Below, piece by piece: positions 1-7,359 of a stretch of 32,000 bases of DNA. Made by a program: the position numbers and the translations under genes. How positions within the stretch are numbered: the first letter of the stretch is position 1; the number at the start of each line of letters is the position of its first letter. The notes below the pieces were generated by a model that made no database searches, was not told where the DNA came from, and saw only the letters and a list, made by a program, of their open reading frames with translations. The stretch is from Candidatus Micrarchaeota archaeon (GTDB lineage Archaea; Micrarchaeota; Micrarchaeia; Micrarchaeales; CABMGC01): positions 1 to 32,000 of the forward strand of contig DAHVAM010000003.1 in assembly GCA_027314605.1 (NCBI GenBank), written 5' to 3'.

Positions 1-63
1 CTTCTCTTCCACAATGTCCTCTAAATTTATTAAGAATCTGTCCGGTATCATTATTGTTCGCAT
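1..63 (-). CDS. 5' end of an unlisted ORF running off the left edge (MRTIMIPDRFLINLEDIVEEK...), function unknown
   Basis: ATG at 63-61 on the minus strand, open to position 1. GGAG lies 11 nt upstream, and TATA-like 'TTTTTTATAAGAAG' lies further upstream (plus 150-165). Weak resemblance of 'IPDRFLINLEDIV' to 'FPSDFILKMEEHL' of the short V4R protein at 2064-2597. Only 21 codons are visible. Confidence 0.2.
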   Translation of the reverse strand, partial: MRTIMIPDRFLINLEDIVEEK

Positions 64-194
64 GGCAACTTTGACTCCTTCAATAGAATAAGAAGCTGTG
101 ATTATATATCCGGGTATATCGATCTTGAAAATATTGGCCAATAATATTCTTCTTATAAAAAAGTCCTTAACTTTATCAAACGTAGGCACCTACA

Positions 195-1025
195 TCACTG
201 TTCTAAAGAAATTCCTTTTTCAGAGAAGTCAAAACTCCTCATTTTTGGATCTATTTTAGTGTTTCTCATTTTAATTACTTTTGCTGTTCTTAAAATTTCC
301 CCTCCTGTATCATTGAACTCGAACATAACAACGCCATCTGAAACGTATTCACTAACTCCATCGACCGTCAAATGCTGCCCCCCTATGCTTTCGTCAGTTA
401 TCAACAGGTTGGTAGTCCCGAATTTCTGCATTTCATTTACAACAAGATAAGAAATCCTCCTTTCAGAGTGTCCCCTGTAGAAGACTCTCCCCTGGGGGTC
501 CTGGCCTAATGTCGGCATTACCTCGTACCTGTAGGTTTTGTCATTCTGCGCGGCCCGCTGCTCATCCTCGCTTGCGATTGACGGCAGGGCGGAATACGCC
601 AACGGGATTACGAACTGGTCGATATTGATCGCGAAATCGGCCAAGCTGTCGAAAACAAGCCTCTGCGCCTTCGCAGCCTTTATCTCCTCCTCAAGAATGT
701 CAAATAAGTTTATCTTAGGCTTGTCCAAAGGTATCTTCAGGAAGGAGAGCTTGCCTTCTTTCTCCAGCGTGTCAACGTCCCATCCGAATTGCTTTGCCTG
801 GCTCTTGACTATCTCGTTCGGACTGTCCAATGATACATATATGCCGTTTTCACCGGCAAGCGCTCCATTGACAAGGTATTGCATCCCGAAAATTGTTTTG
901 CCTGTACCTGGCTGTCCTACCAGCAGTACATTGAAACCTTTCGGTATACCTCCCTGTATTAGGTCATCAAATCCGGGAATTCCGGTCTTTACCCTCTCCA
1001 CTTTTTCGCCCACTACTAAATTCAT
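195..1025 (-). CDS. KaiC-like single-domain RecA-superfamily ATPase (paralogue 1)
   Basis: N-terminus 'RVKTGIPGFDDLIQGGIPKGFNVLLVGQPGTGKTIFGMQYLVNG' (KaiC/RadA-type motif plus Walker A). Walker B-like 'RLVFDSL'. C-terminal 'VDGVSEYVSDGVV...IKMRNT'. ATG start at 1025. Confidence 0.85.
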   Translation of the reverse strand: MNLVVGEKVERVKTGIPGFDDLIQGGIPKGFNVLLVGQPGTGKTIFGMQYLVNGALAGENGIYVSLDSPNEIVKSQAKQFGWDVDTLEKEGKLSFLKIPLDKPKINLFDILEEEIKAAKAQRLVFDSLADFAINIDQFVIPLAYSALPSIASEDEQRAAQNDKTYRYEVMPTLGQDPQGRVFYRGHSERRISYLVVNEMQKFGTTNLLITDESIGGQHLTVDGVSEYVSDGVVMFEFNDTGGEILRTAKVIKMRNTKIDPKMRSFDFSEKGISLEQ

Positions 1026-1136
1026 AGTAATGTATATAAAATATTGCCTTTGTTCATGATCCTAGAGACATGAGCCTGCAGCATCAGGGTATAACTGCGT
1101 CAAGATGGAACTCCCCTCCAACGCACCAAGCAAAAG

Positions 1137-1166
1137 CCGCTTGACACGAACCAGGCTCTCAAGCGG
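1137..1166. promoter_or_regulatory. 8-bp perfect inverted repeat CCGCTTGA-N14-TCAAGCGG in the KaiC1/KaiC2 divergent intergenic region
   Basis: Read directly: CCGCTTGA at 1137-1144 and TCAAGCGG at 1159-1166. It sits ~20 nt upstream of the putative KaiC2 TATA box. Confidence 0.3.
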
Positions 1167-1186
1167 AAAAGCCAGACAGAAGAATG

Positions 1187-1197
1187 TTTTTTATAGA
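1187..1197 (+). promoter_or_regulatory. TATA-box-like element for KaiC-like paralogue 2
   Basis: 'TTTTTTATAGA' lies about 32-42 nt upstream of the TTG start at 1229, a spacing compatible with a short-leader or leaderless archaeal transcript. Confidence 0.4.
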
Positions 1198-1228
1198 TTG
1201 CCATCGCTCTAATACCTAGGACGATGAT

Positions 1229-2071
1229 TTGGACAGAATAAAGACAGGAGTGCCTGGATTCGACGAGTTGGTAGAAGGGGGGATACCAGCGGGTTTCAAC
1301 ACTCTCGTCATCGGCCATCCAGGAGCAGGCAAGACCATCTTCGGCCTTCAGTACCTGGTGGACGGCGCGCTCTCCGGCGAGAACGGCGTCTACGTCTCGC
1401 TCGACAGCACAAACGATGTTGTAAAGAGCCAGGCGAGGCAGTTCGGCTGGGATGTCGATGCGCTCGAGAAGGATGGGAAGCTCCTCTTCCTAAAGATATC
1501 GCTGAACAGATCGAAGATATACTTATTTGACATCATCAGCACGGCCATAAGGAGCATCAAGGCAAAGCGCCTGGTCTTCGACAGCCTGGCGGACTTCGCT
1601 ACTAACATAGACCAATTTGTAATACCGATGGACTACGGCACGCAGGAAGGCGTGAACTCTGTCGTCGGGCTAAGCTCCAAGGGAGAGGCTGAAGAGGAAG
1701 AGCTGCCGTCCTCGCTTGTCACCTCGAGTTCCAACGCAAGGGCCTACTACAAGGGAAAATCCGAAAGGAGGATATCCTACTTCGCGATAAACGAGTTCAG
1801 CAACTTTGGCACCACAAATCTTCTCATAACCGAGGAGCAGATGACTGGCGAGCAGTCCAGCATCGACGGCGTCAGCGAGTATCTCTGCGACGGCGTGATA
1901 AGGATGGGCATCGACAGGATAGCGAAGGAGGCTGTAAGGAGCCTTACGATCCAGAAGATGAGGAACACAAACCACAGGCTCGAGAGCATGGTCTTCAAGA
2001 TCACTCCAAAAGGGATAGTCCTGAAGGGAGACACTGTCTTCCAGGGATCAAAAGTATCGGGAATCACTTAG
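1229..2071 (+). CDS. KaiC-like single-domain RecA-superfamily ATPase (paralogue 2)
   Basis: 'RIKTGVPGFDELVEGGIPAGFNTLVIGHPGAGKTIFGLQYLVDG', 'RLVFDSL', 'IDGVSEYLCDGVI...IQKMRNT'. TTG start codon. The 3' end overlaps the convergent V4R gene by 8 nt. Confidence 0.85.
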   Translation: MDRIKTGVPGFDELVEGGIPAGFNTLVIGHPGAGKTIFGLQYLVDGALSGENGVYVSLDSTNDVVKSQARQFGWDVDALEKDGKLLFLKISLNRSKIYLFDIISTAIRSIKAKRLVFDSLADFATNIDQFVIPMDYGTQEGVNSVVGLSSKGEAEEEELPSSLVTSSSNARAYYKGKSERRISYFAINEFSNFGTTNLLITEEQMTGEQSSIDGVSEYLCDGVIRMGIDRIAKEAVRSLTIQKMRNTNHRLESMVFKITPKGIVLKGDTVFQGSKVSGIT

Positions 2072-2597
2072 CCGTGAGCACGAAGATGCACTTCTCGCTG
2101 CTGCCTCCGGAGACGCACTCGCTCTCCTTGCACTCGAAATCCTTCTTGAGCGAATCTGAGAATATCGAGGCGAGGTAGCCCCTCGTGTGGTTGCAGGAGA
2201 TCTTGTCGGGGCTCGAGTTTGCGACTGTCACCTTCTGCGTGTCCTGTCCCGGATCAAAGTTCTGCACGCTTATGCTTCCCATCCCGAGCACTTCGGCAAG
2301 CTCGAGAAGGAAGTCAAGCCTCTCGAGCTCGTTCATCTTCCTGTCGGAGAGGATCTTTATTATGGGAATAGGCATCTTCTTCGCCAATTCATAAATCTCA
2401 TCTGGCGAGAGGTGCTCCTCCATCTTCAGTATGAAATCGCTTGGGAAGAGGTAGGCAGAGCTGTTGAAGAGGTTTATTCTCCCGTCCTCTCCGAAACGCA
2501 GCAAGTCTGCAAACATGAGCTCCTCAGCTTTCTTGTGCATCGAATTCGCCTCTATAGTTTCGCCCTTTTGGACAGCCTTCCGAAGAGAGCCGTGCAT
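2064..2597 (-). CDS. V4R (4-vinyl reductase) domain protein, short form
   Basis: C-terminal V4R signature 'SCNHTRGYLASIF...FECKESECVSGGSSEKCIFVL' (C-x-H ... E-C-x3-G-x4-C-x-F). Last gene of the unknown->FIST->V4R operon. Confidence 0.7.
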   Translation of the reverse strand: MHGSLRKAVQKGETIEANSMHKKAEELMFADLLRFGEDGRINLFNSSAYLFPSDFILKMEEHLSPDEIYELAKKMPIPIIKILSDRKMNELERLDFLLELAEVLGMGSISVQNFDPGQDTQKVTVANSSPDKISCNHTRGYLASIFSDSLKKDFECKESECVSGGSSEKCIFVLTAK

Positions 2598-2669
2598 CTG
2601 CCTGCAGGTCCGTGCATACGGCGGTTTCCTCCCTGCTCCTCTCTTTGTTGAATGTACGGATAGTCCACA

Positions 2670-4040
2670 TCATCCCTCCTGTTTCTTGCTCGTGAGCAAT
2701 TTGTTGTAGAAAGCAAAGACGTTGTCCGTCAGGTGGTGGCAGTTCGCCAGCTCTCCCTCCCTGGAGCCTATCTCGCCGGAGCTGGTGAATCCCACAAGCC
2801 TCTGCGTTCCCAGGCTGTCCTTGAGCCTCTTCATGTCCTCAGAGAACTGCGGGCCCATGACGTTCCTCCGCGTGAAGCAGGAGGTTATGAGCACCAGCTC
2901 GGGGCTGGCAGTCTCCTCGGTGTACTTGTGAACGTCGTTAGATATCTCGGTTATGGCGTTGAAGAGGTTGTCGGTGCTTCCGTCCATGAGAAAGATCGGC
3001 GAGCCCTCTATCACAGGCGCCGCAAACGCCAGGCTGTCGTTGTTCGGCCCTGAAGGAATGCCTCCTCCCCTGACTACTATGTTCCCCATGTTGTCTACCA
3101 TGCCTATGGGGTACCTCTGCGTGATGCTGAGAGCCAGCGCGCCGTTGACGAACTTCTCCTTGCTCATGTTCAGCTGCTTGGCGTACCAGTCAGCTGTTTT
3201 CTGGCCTGAGATCTCGTCAACGACATAGCCTCCCATGGAGGTCTTCGTTACGACAGAGAGAGGCCCGGTCTTCTTCGCGCCGTGAGCCAGCGAGTAGCCG
3301 TAGAGCATGCTTGTGGACATGAATATTATTATAAGCCCGTCCTTGTAGACCTTGCCTGAATGCAGCGAGTATATCTCGTACTTCTTGTTGAAGTTCTCTA
3401 TCGAGGTCTCGAAGGCGCCTCCCCATATGGGGACCTGACGGCCTGTGACGTCGGATATGCCCACGACTATCTTGTTCTCGTCTCCCATCTTCGGGAGCTT
3501 GAAGCCAGTGGTGAAGACATGTATGTAGTATGGCGGTATCTTGACTATGCCTCTTATGTCCCCTCCCTTGAGCCTCAGCGCCTGCATGTACGGGTCTACG
3601 TAGCTGTCTAGCGAGACCTTCGACAGGGCTTCCTTGGTAACCTTCCTCGCAGCCTCGAACGAATCTTCAGAGAAGCCGTCAGCAGAGGCGATGCCCACGT
3701 GCAGGAAGTCTGACTGTATGCTTGCCACCACGATTCCCTTCTCCATTACGGTGTCATTGTATATCACGCTGTCTCCCAGTCCGCCGACGAACTCGCTGTC
3801 CTTGAGAACCTCCACCAATCCCCTGTTTATCTCGTAGGGGTCATAGTCTCCGGCAAAGAAGATGTAGCTTATGCTTGGCGCCTTCCCGTTCAGTGTCTTG
3901 AGGGACTGCTGCGCAGCCTCCTTCGCTGCCGCGTAAGCGTCGGGATTGTCTGACATTCCGCTCCCTGCGAGCAGCGTCGGGTTCCTTGCGCCCATGACAT
4001 CCTGCAGCTTTCCCCACTTTGTAACCAAACCTTCTTCCAT
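2670..4040 (-). CDS. FIST-domain (FIST_N + FIST_C) sensory protein
   Basis: FIST_N-like 'ISYIFFAGDYDPYEINRGLVEVLKDSEFVGGLGDSVI'. FIST_C-like end 'LVLITSCFTRRNVMG...LVGFTSSGEIGSREGELANCHHLTDNVFAF' (compare the family pattern fsC.gR...G.fs.GEi...n..HN.T). The start lies 3 nt after the upstream gene's stop. Confidence 0.8.
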   Translation of the reverse strand: MEEGLVTKWGKLQDVMGARNPTLLAGSGMSDNPDAYAAAKEAAQQSLKTLNGKAPSISYIFFAGDYDPYEINRGLVEVLKDSEFVGGLGDSVIYNDTVMEKGIVVASIQSDFLHVGIASADGFSEDSFEAARKVTKEALSKVSLDSYVDPYMQALRLKGGDIRGIVKIPPYYIHVFTTGFKLPKMGDENKIVVGISDVTGRQVPIWGGAFETSIENFNKKYEIYSLHSGKVYKDGLIIIFMSTSMLYGYSLAHGAKKTGPLSVVTKTSMGGYVVDEISGQKTADWYAKQLNMSKEKFVNGALALSITQRYPIGMVDNMGNIVVRGGGIPSGPNNDSLAFAAPVIEGSPIFLMDGSTDNLFNAITEISNDVHKYTEETASPELVLITSCFTRRNVMGPQFSEDMKRLKDSLGTQRLVGFTSSGEIGSREGELANCHHLTDNVFAFYNKLLTSKKQEG

Positions 4041-4043
4041 CGT

Positions 4044-4481
4044 TTAACCCAGTTTGCTGAAGCCAACTTTATTGTAATTGGGCTCTATCTCCCTGTCTAT
4101 CTTCCTGATCTCTATCGCCTCGTCGAGCAGCGGCAGCAGGCGCTCAGGGATAGTCCTGCCCAATGTTGCCTGGAGAGAGTCCTTGAACTCCTCCGCGCTC
4201 TCCTTTCCCTTGAAGTGGCCGAGAAGCGTTATCGGTGTGCCTATCAGCAGATCGACGACGCCATCCCTCACCATCAGCCTGTGGAAGAGCTTCGCCTCAA
4301 GGAAGTCCATGCCAAGGTAGACGAACTGGTCTTTCATCGACGACTCAAGATCCAGAAGGAATTTGCTCAGGCTCTCCATCGCGATTGTTTCCTGCGGTGT
4401 CAGTATGCCTTCCTTCTCCAGCCTGAACGGCAGTATGCCGCTGAAGTCCACAAGAATAACGTCATAAGACTCCTTTATCAT
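4044..4481 (-). CDS. Hypothetical 145-aa protein, first gene of the FIST operon (possible roadblock/LC7-like fold, unverified)
   Basis: ATG start with 'CTTTTTATTAAG' TATA-like element 19-31 nt upstream. The stop lies 3 nt before the FIST start. 'SYDVILVDFSGILPF' is reminiscent of roadblock/MglB N-termini, but I cannot verify that by eye. Confidence 0.55.
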   Translation of the reverse strand: MIKESYDVILVDFSGILPFRLEKEGILTPQETIAMESLSKFLLDLESSMKDQFVYLGMDFLEAKLFHRLMVRDGVVDLLIGTPITLLGHFKGKESAEEFKDSLQATLGRTIPERLLPLLDEAIEIRKIDREIEPNYNKVGFSKLG

Positions 4482-4581
4482 TTTATCCCTACCCTATGTT
4501 CTTAATAAAAAGAAAAACTATAAGAACGTTTCTAGGAATGCATGTGGCACGCGTTTCAGGAAGAGCCGCGATAAGGCATGG

Positions 4582-4594
4582 TTATTTAAATTTT
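4582..4594 (+). promoter_or_regulatory. TATA-box-like element for the mevalonate-kinase-like gene
   Basis: 'TTATTTAAATTTT' is centred ~22 nt upstream of ATG 4610 and ~31 nt upstream of in-frame ATG 4619. This implies a leaderless or near-leaderless mRNA and argues against the ORF-track start at 4496. Confidence 0.45.
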
Positions 4595-4609
4595 CAACAC
4601 GCTCGCATA

Positions 4610-5662
4610 ATGGATGTTATGGCAGCAACGCGCGTCGATGTCGATGTAAAGGCTCCTGGGGTCATCAAGCTCTTCGGAGAGCACGCAGCAGCCTACGGCA
4701 AGCTGGGCGTCGCGGCGGCCATAGACATGTACGCGTCAGTCTCTGTCAAGAACACACCAAGCCGCGAGCTCTGGATAATCCTTCCCGACCTGGACAACAT
4801 CATGATGCCGTTCCACCCGGGAAAGCTTGAGCTGCTCTACGAGAGCTACACCAGCAGGTCCAGCCAGGAGAACTACATAAAGGAGAATCTGGACATAGAC
4901 GTTAGGCTACTCCCGTTCGCGACCATAGCCGCAAAGCTCGCGTTCGAGTTCAACATAGACGTCTTCGGCAAGGAGGTGCGCGTCTCTTCAAGAATTCCGA
5001 TACACGGCGGCGTCTCGAGCAGCACAGCATGCTCCGCGGCCTTCGCTGTCGGCATGACCCGGTCGCTAGGGCCTGTGACAGGCGGCGCAGTGGCAGACGC
5101 TGTCATGATGGAGATGGCGAGGGAGGGCGAGAAGGTGGCGCATATCTACGAAGGGGTCGGCAAGCTGGATGTCCTGGCGTCGTACTACGGGGGATACGTG
5201 AGCACCACTGACGGAGGAAGGAAGGAGGGCATCACAGGCGCCATCAAGATGGTACTGATCAACAGCGGGCCGAAGAGGAGCACTGCTGAAACCGTCGGCG
5301 CGGTGCGCAAACTCTATACCGACAAGACTGAGGACACAGAGCTCATACTGGAGAACATAAACAAGTGCTCAATAAATGGCCTGGACGCCATCTCCGGCGG
5401 AGACATCAAGAGGGCAGGGTTGCTGATGTCGCAGAATCACGACCTGCTCAAAGAGCTGGGGATCTCCAATGTCAATCTTGACAAGGCAGTGGAGCTGGCG
5501 AAGTCCCACGGCGCCTACGGCGCAAAGCTCGAAGACGGCGGAGGGATGGTGATAGCGCTGGGCGAAAATCCCGAGGCGCTCGCCTCGGCAATGCAGGCCG
5601 AGGGCTACACTACATACCTCACGTCAGTCTCATTCGACGGCGCGAACAGGTTCCTGCAGTAA
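4610..5662 (+). CDS. mvk: GHMP-family kinase, probable mevalonate kinase
   Basis: 'KAPGVIKLFGEHAAAYGKLGVAAAIDMYASVSV' (MVK motif 1). 'PIHGGVSSSTACSAAFAVG' (divergent GHMP motif 2). 'GAKLEDGGGMVIAL' (divergent motif 3). Start trimmed to ATG 4610, with 4619 as an alternative. The 3' end overlaps the convergent V4R gene by 33 nt. Confidence 0.7.
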   Translation: MDVMAATRVDVDVKAPGVIKLFGEHAAAYGKLGVAAAIDMYASVSVKNTPSRELWIILPDLDNIMMPFHPGKLELLYESYTSRSSQENYIKENLDIDVRLLPFATIAAKLAFEFNIDVFGKEVRVSSRIPIHGGVSSSTACSAAFAVGMTRSLGPVTGGAVADAVMMEMAREGEKVAHIYEGVGKLDVLASYYGGYVSTTDGGRKEGITGAIKMVLINSGPKRSTAETVGAVRKLYTDKTEDTELILENINKCSINGLDAISGGDIKRAGLLMSQNHDLLKELGISNVNLDKAVELAKSHGAYGAKLEDGGGMVIALGENPEALASAMQAEGYTTYLTSVSFDGANRFLQ

Positions 5663-6217
5663 GTCTCCAACCTGCACCCTGTACAGATCCTTATGCTTCG
5701 ACTTGAGATTCTCCGGAGTGTCCATCACGAACCTGCACTCCTTCTTTCCGAGCGCCGCGCACTCAAGCTCAACGACATCTATCTCGGTCTTGAAGCCGGC
5801 CTTGGCGCCGCCGGCCATCATGCCCCTGAGGATGTGGTCGCACGGCGCATCGACCTTGCCTTTCAGGAAAGCGCCCACAGGCGCATCCGTCACTGTGAAC
5901 ATGCCTCTCTTGTTATCCTTGTCCGCATCGGCCCACTTTGGGATCCCCCATCCGCCGAAATCTGAGAGGTCGGCAACCCATCTCAGGTAGTCTGCTGCGG
6001 AGAACGAATACGCCTTGCCAAGCCTCAGGTAAAATTCATAGGAAGCCATCTTCGCATCCTTGTAGACTGTCCTTACCTTCTCTGTGTTGTTTATCCTTCC
6101 GATGTAGACGCCCATCCAGTCGCCTCCAAGGGCCACGCGGTGCCCGAAGACCTTTATGCTGCCGTCGTTGAAGAGCGCCTGCCTGGCGAGCATCAGTTTT
6201 TCGAAAAGGCCGTCCAT
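5630..6217 (-). CDS. XylR_N-like + V4R domain protein, type A (copy A1)
   Basis: 'FEKLMLARQALFNDGSIKVFGHRVAL' (XylR_N-like) and 'APCDHILRGMMAGG...VELECAALGKKECRFVM' (V4R). ATG at 6217 lies 2 nt after the stop of the upstream gene (TGAGGATG). The ORF-track start 6223 is a TTG. Confidence 0.75.
   Translation of the reverse strand: MDGLFEKLMLARQALFNDGSIKVFGHRVALGGDWMGVYIGRINNTEKVRTVYKDAKMASYEFYLRLGKAYSFSAADYLRWVADLSDFGGWGIPKWADADKDNKRGMFTVTDAPVGAFLKGKVDAPCDHILRGMMAGGAKAGFKTEIDVVELECAALGKKECRFVMDTPENLKSKHKDLYRVQVGDLLQEPVRAVE
6161..6193 (-). repeat. 33-nt block identical between the A1 and A2 paralogues (partner 7296-7328)
   Basis: 'GCCGTCGTTGAAGAGCGCCTGCCTGGCGAGCAT' read identically at 6161-6193 and 7296-7328. 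It encodes MLARQALFNDG. Confidence 0.9.
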
Positions 6218-6219
6218 CC

Positions 6220-6798
6220 TCAATCGCCTACCTGCACGCCGTACAGCTCCGGGAACTCCTTCTTCAATTCCTCTCTAACCGAGGCGACAAACCTGCAATG
6301 CTCGTCGCCCAGCGCTATGCATGACGATTCTACGCACTCAAGCTCCTTCCCGTACACGCGGCTCGTGCCTCCCGCTACGAATCCCCTGAAGATGTGGTCG
6401 CAAGGCGCGCTCACCTTGTACCTGAGCGCCGAGCCCACTATGCATTCCCCCATGTTTATCACGACCCTGGGCTTTGCCTCGTCTATGGACTCATACCTGT
6501 AGACTCCCCAGCCGGCGAAGCCGGCCACGTTGCCGAGCAGCGAGAGAACCTCCTTTTTCGATGCTGCGCCATGCGATCCCAAGACCTTCCTTATGAAGTT
6601 CTCAGCCATGTCCTTCCTGCAGTCCTTATAGAGCGCCCTCGCGGCTTCGGCATCCTTTATTATGTCTTCTGTGAAATTGGCCAGGAATTTCTGCTGGAAC
6701 AGCATCAGGCGCTGGCCCCCGAGTACCTCCACCCTTCCTCCCTTGAATGAGACCTGCCTTGCGAGCATAAGTTTTTCGAAAAACGTCAAATCTATCAC
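6220..6798 (-). CDS. XylR_N-like + V4R domain protein, type B (copy B1)
   Basis: 'FEKLMLARQVSFKGGRVEVLGGQRLMLF' and 'APCDHIFRGFVAGG...ELECVESSCIALGDEHCRFVA'. The GTG start overlaps the upstream stop (GTGA). Confidence 0.75.
   Translation of the reverse strand: MIDLTFFEKLMLARQVSFKGGRVEVLGGQRLMLFQQKFLANFTEDIIKDAEAARALYKDCRKDMAENFIRKVLGSHGAASKKEVLSLLGNVAGFAGWGVYRYESIDEAKPRVVINMGECIVGSALRYKVSAPCDHIFRGFVAGGTSRVYGKELECVESSCIALGDEHCRFVASVREELKKEFPELYGVQVGD
6727..6768 (-). repeat. 42-nt block, 41/42 identical between the B1 and B2 paralogues (partner 7861-7902)
   Basis: 'CTCCACCCTTCCTCCCTTGAATGAGACCTGCCTTGCGAGCAT' versus 'CTCCACCCTTCCTTCCTTGAATGAGACCTGCCTTGCGAGCAT'. It encodes MLARQVSFK(G/E)GRVE. 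Confidence 0.9.
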
Positions 6799-7352
6799 AC
6801 CTGCCTGTCATAGAGCTCCTTATATTCTGCCATCAATGCACTCGGCGAGCCCATCTCGAACCTGCATTTGCTCTTTCCCAGCGCGATGCACTCGGTTTCC
6901 ACAAGATCGACATCGGACTTGAAGGCGCATGACGCATTGCCTGCCATAAGCCCCCTTATGACGTGGTCGCACGGCGCATCCGCCTTGCCTTTGAGGTAGC
7001 CGCCTGTGGCCGAGTCTGACGCGGTGAGCGTGCCGCGCATCGCCTTGGCGTCGAGCTCCTCCCACTTCAGGACGCCCCACCCGGCGAATTCCTCTATCTC
7101 TATGGCCCATTTGAGGTAGTCGTCTGCCGAGTAGGATCTCGAGCTGCCTACCTTCAAAGCGAAGTTGTACGCTGCTCTCTTGGCATCGGCATAGAGCAGT
7201 TTCGAAAGCCTCGGATTGTCGTTTATTTTCTCAGTGAGCATGTTGAAGAAGTACTCGGTCACGAGAGCGTAGCGCAGGCCGAAGAGCTGTATGTTGCCGT
7301 CGTTGAAGAGCGCCTGCCTGGCGAGCATGATCTTCTCAAAAAAACTGGCCAT
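6795..7352 (-). CDS. XylR_N-like + V4R domain protein, type A (copy A2)
   Basis: 'FEKIMLARQALFNDGNIQLFGLRYAL' and 'APCDHVIRGLMAGN...VETECIALGKSKCRFEM'. Start trimmed to ATG 7352 (MASFFEK), 7 nt downstream of the B2 stop. Confidence 0.75.
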   Translation of the reverse strand: MASFFEKIMLARQALFNDGNIQLFGLRYALVTEYFFNMLTEKINDNPRLSKLLYADAKRAAYNFALKVGSSRSYSADDYLKWAIEIEEFAGWGVLKWEELDAKAMRGTLTASDSATGGYLKGKADAPCDHVIRGLMAGNASCAFKSDVDLVETECIALGKSKCRFEMGSPSALMAEYKELYDRQV

Positions 7353-7359
7353 GCTGCAA

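Noticed and set aside
538-1059. 173-aa plus-strand ORF antisense to KaiC-like paralogue 1 (and the analogous 8291-8782 ORF antisense to paralogue 3)
   Set aside because: Both mirror the same region of paralogous genes and are S/P/C-rich. The conservation is explained by the sense-strand KaiC-like proteins.
4496-4609. 38-codon N-terminal extension of the mevalonate-kinase ORF
   Set aside because: It contains the TATA-like 'TTATTTAAATTTT' element, and homologous kinases begin a few residues before the 'KAPGK/V' motif.
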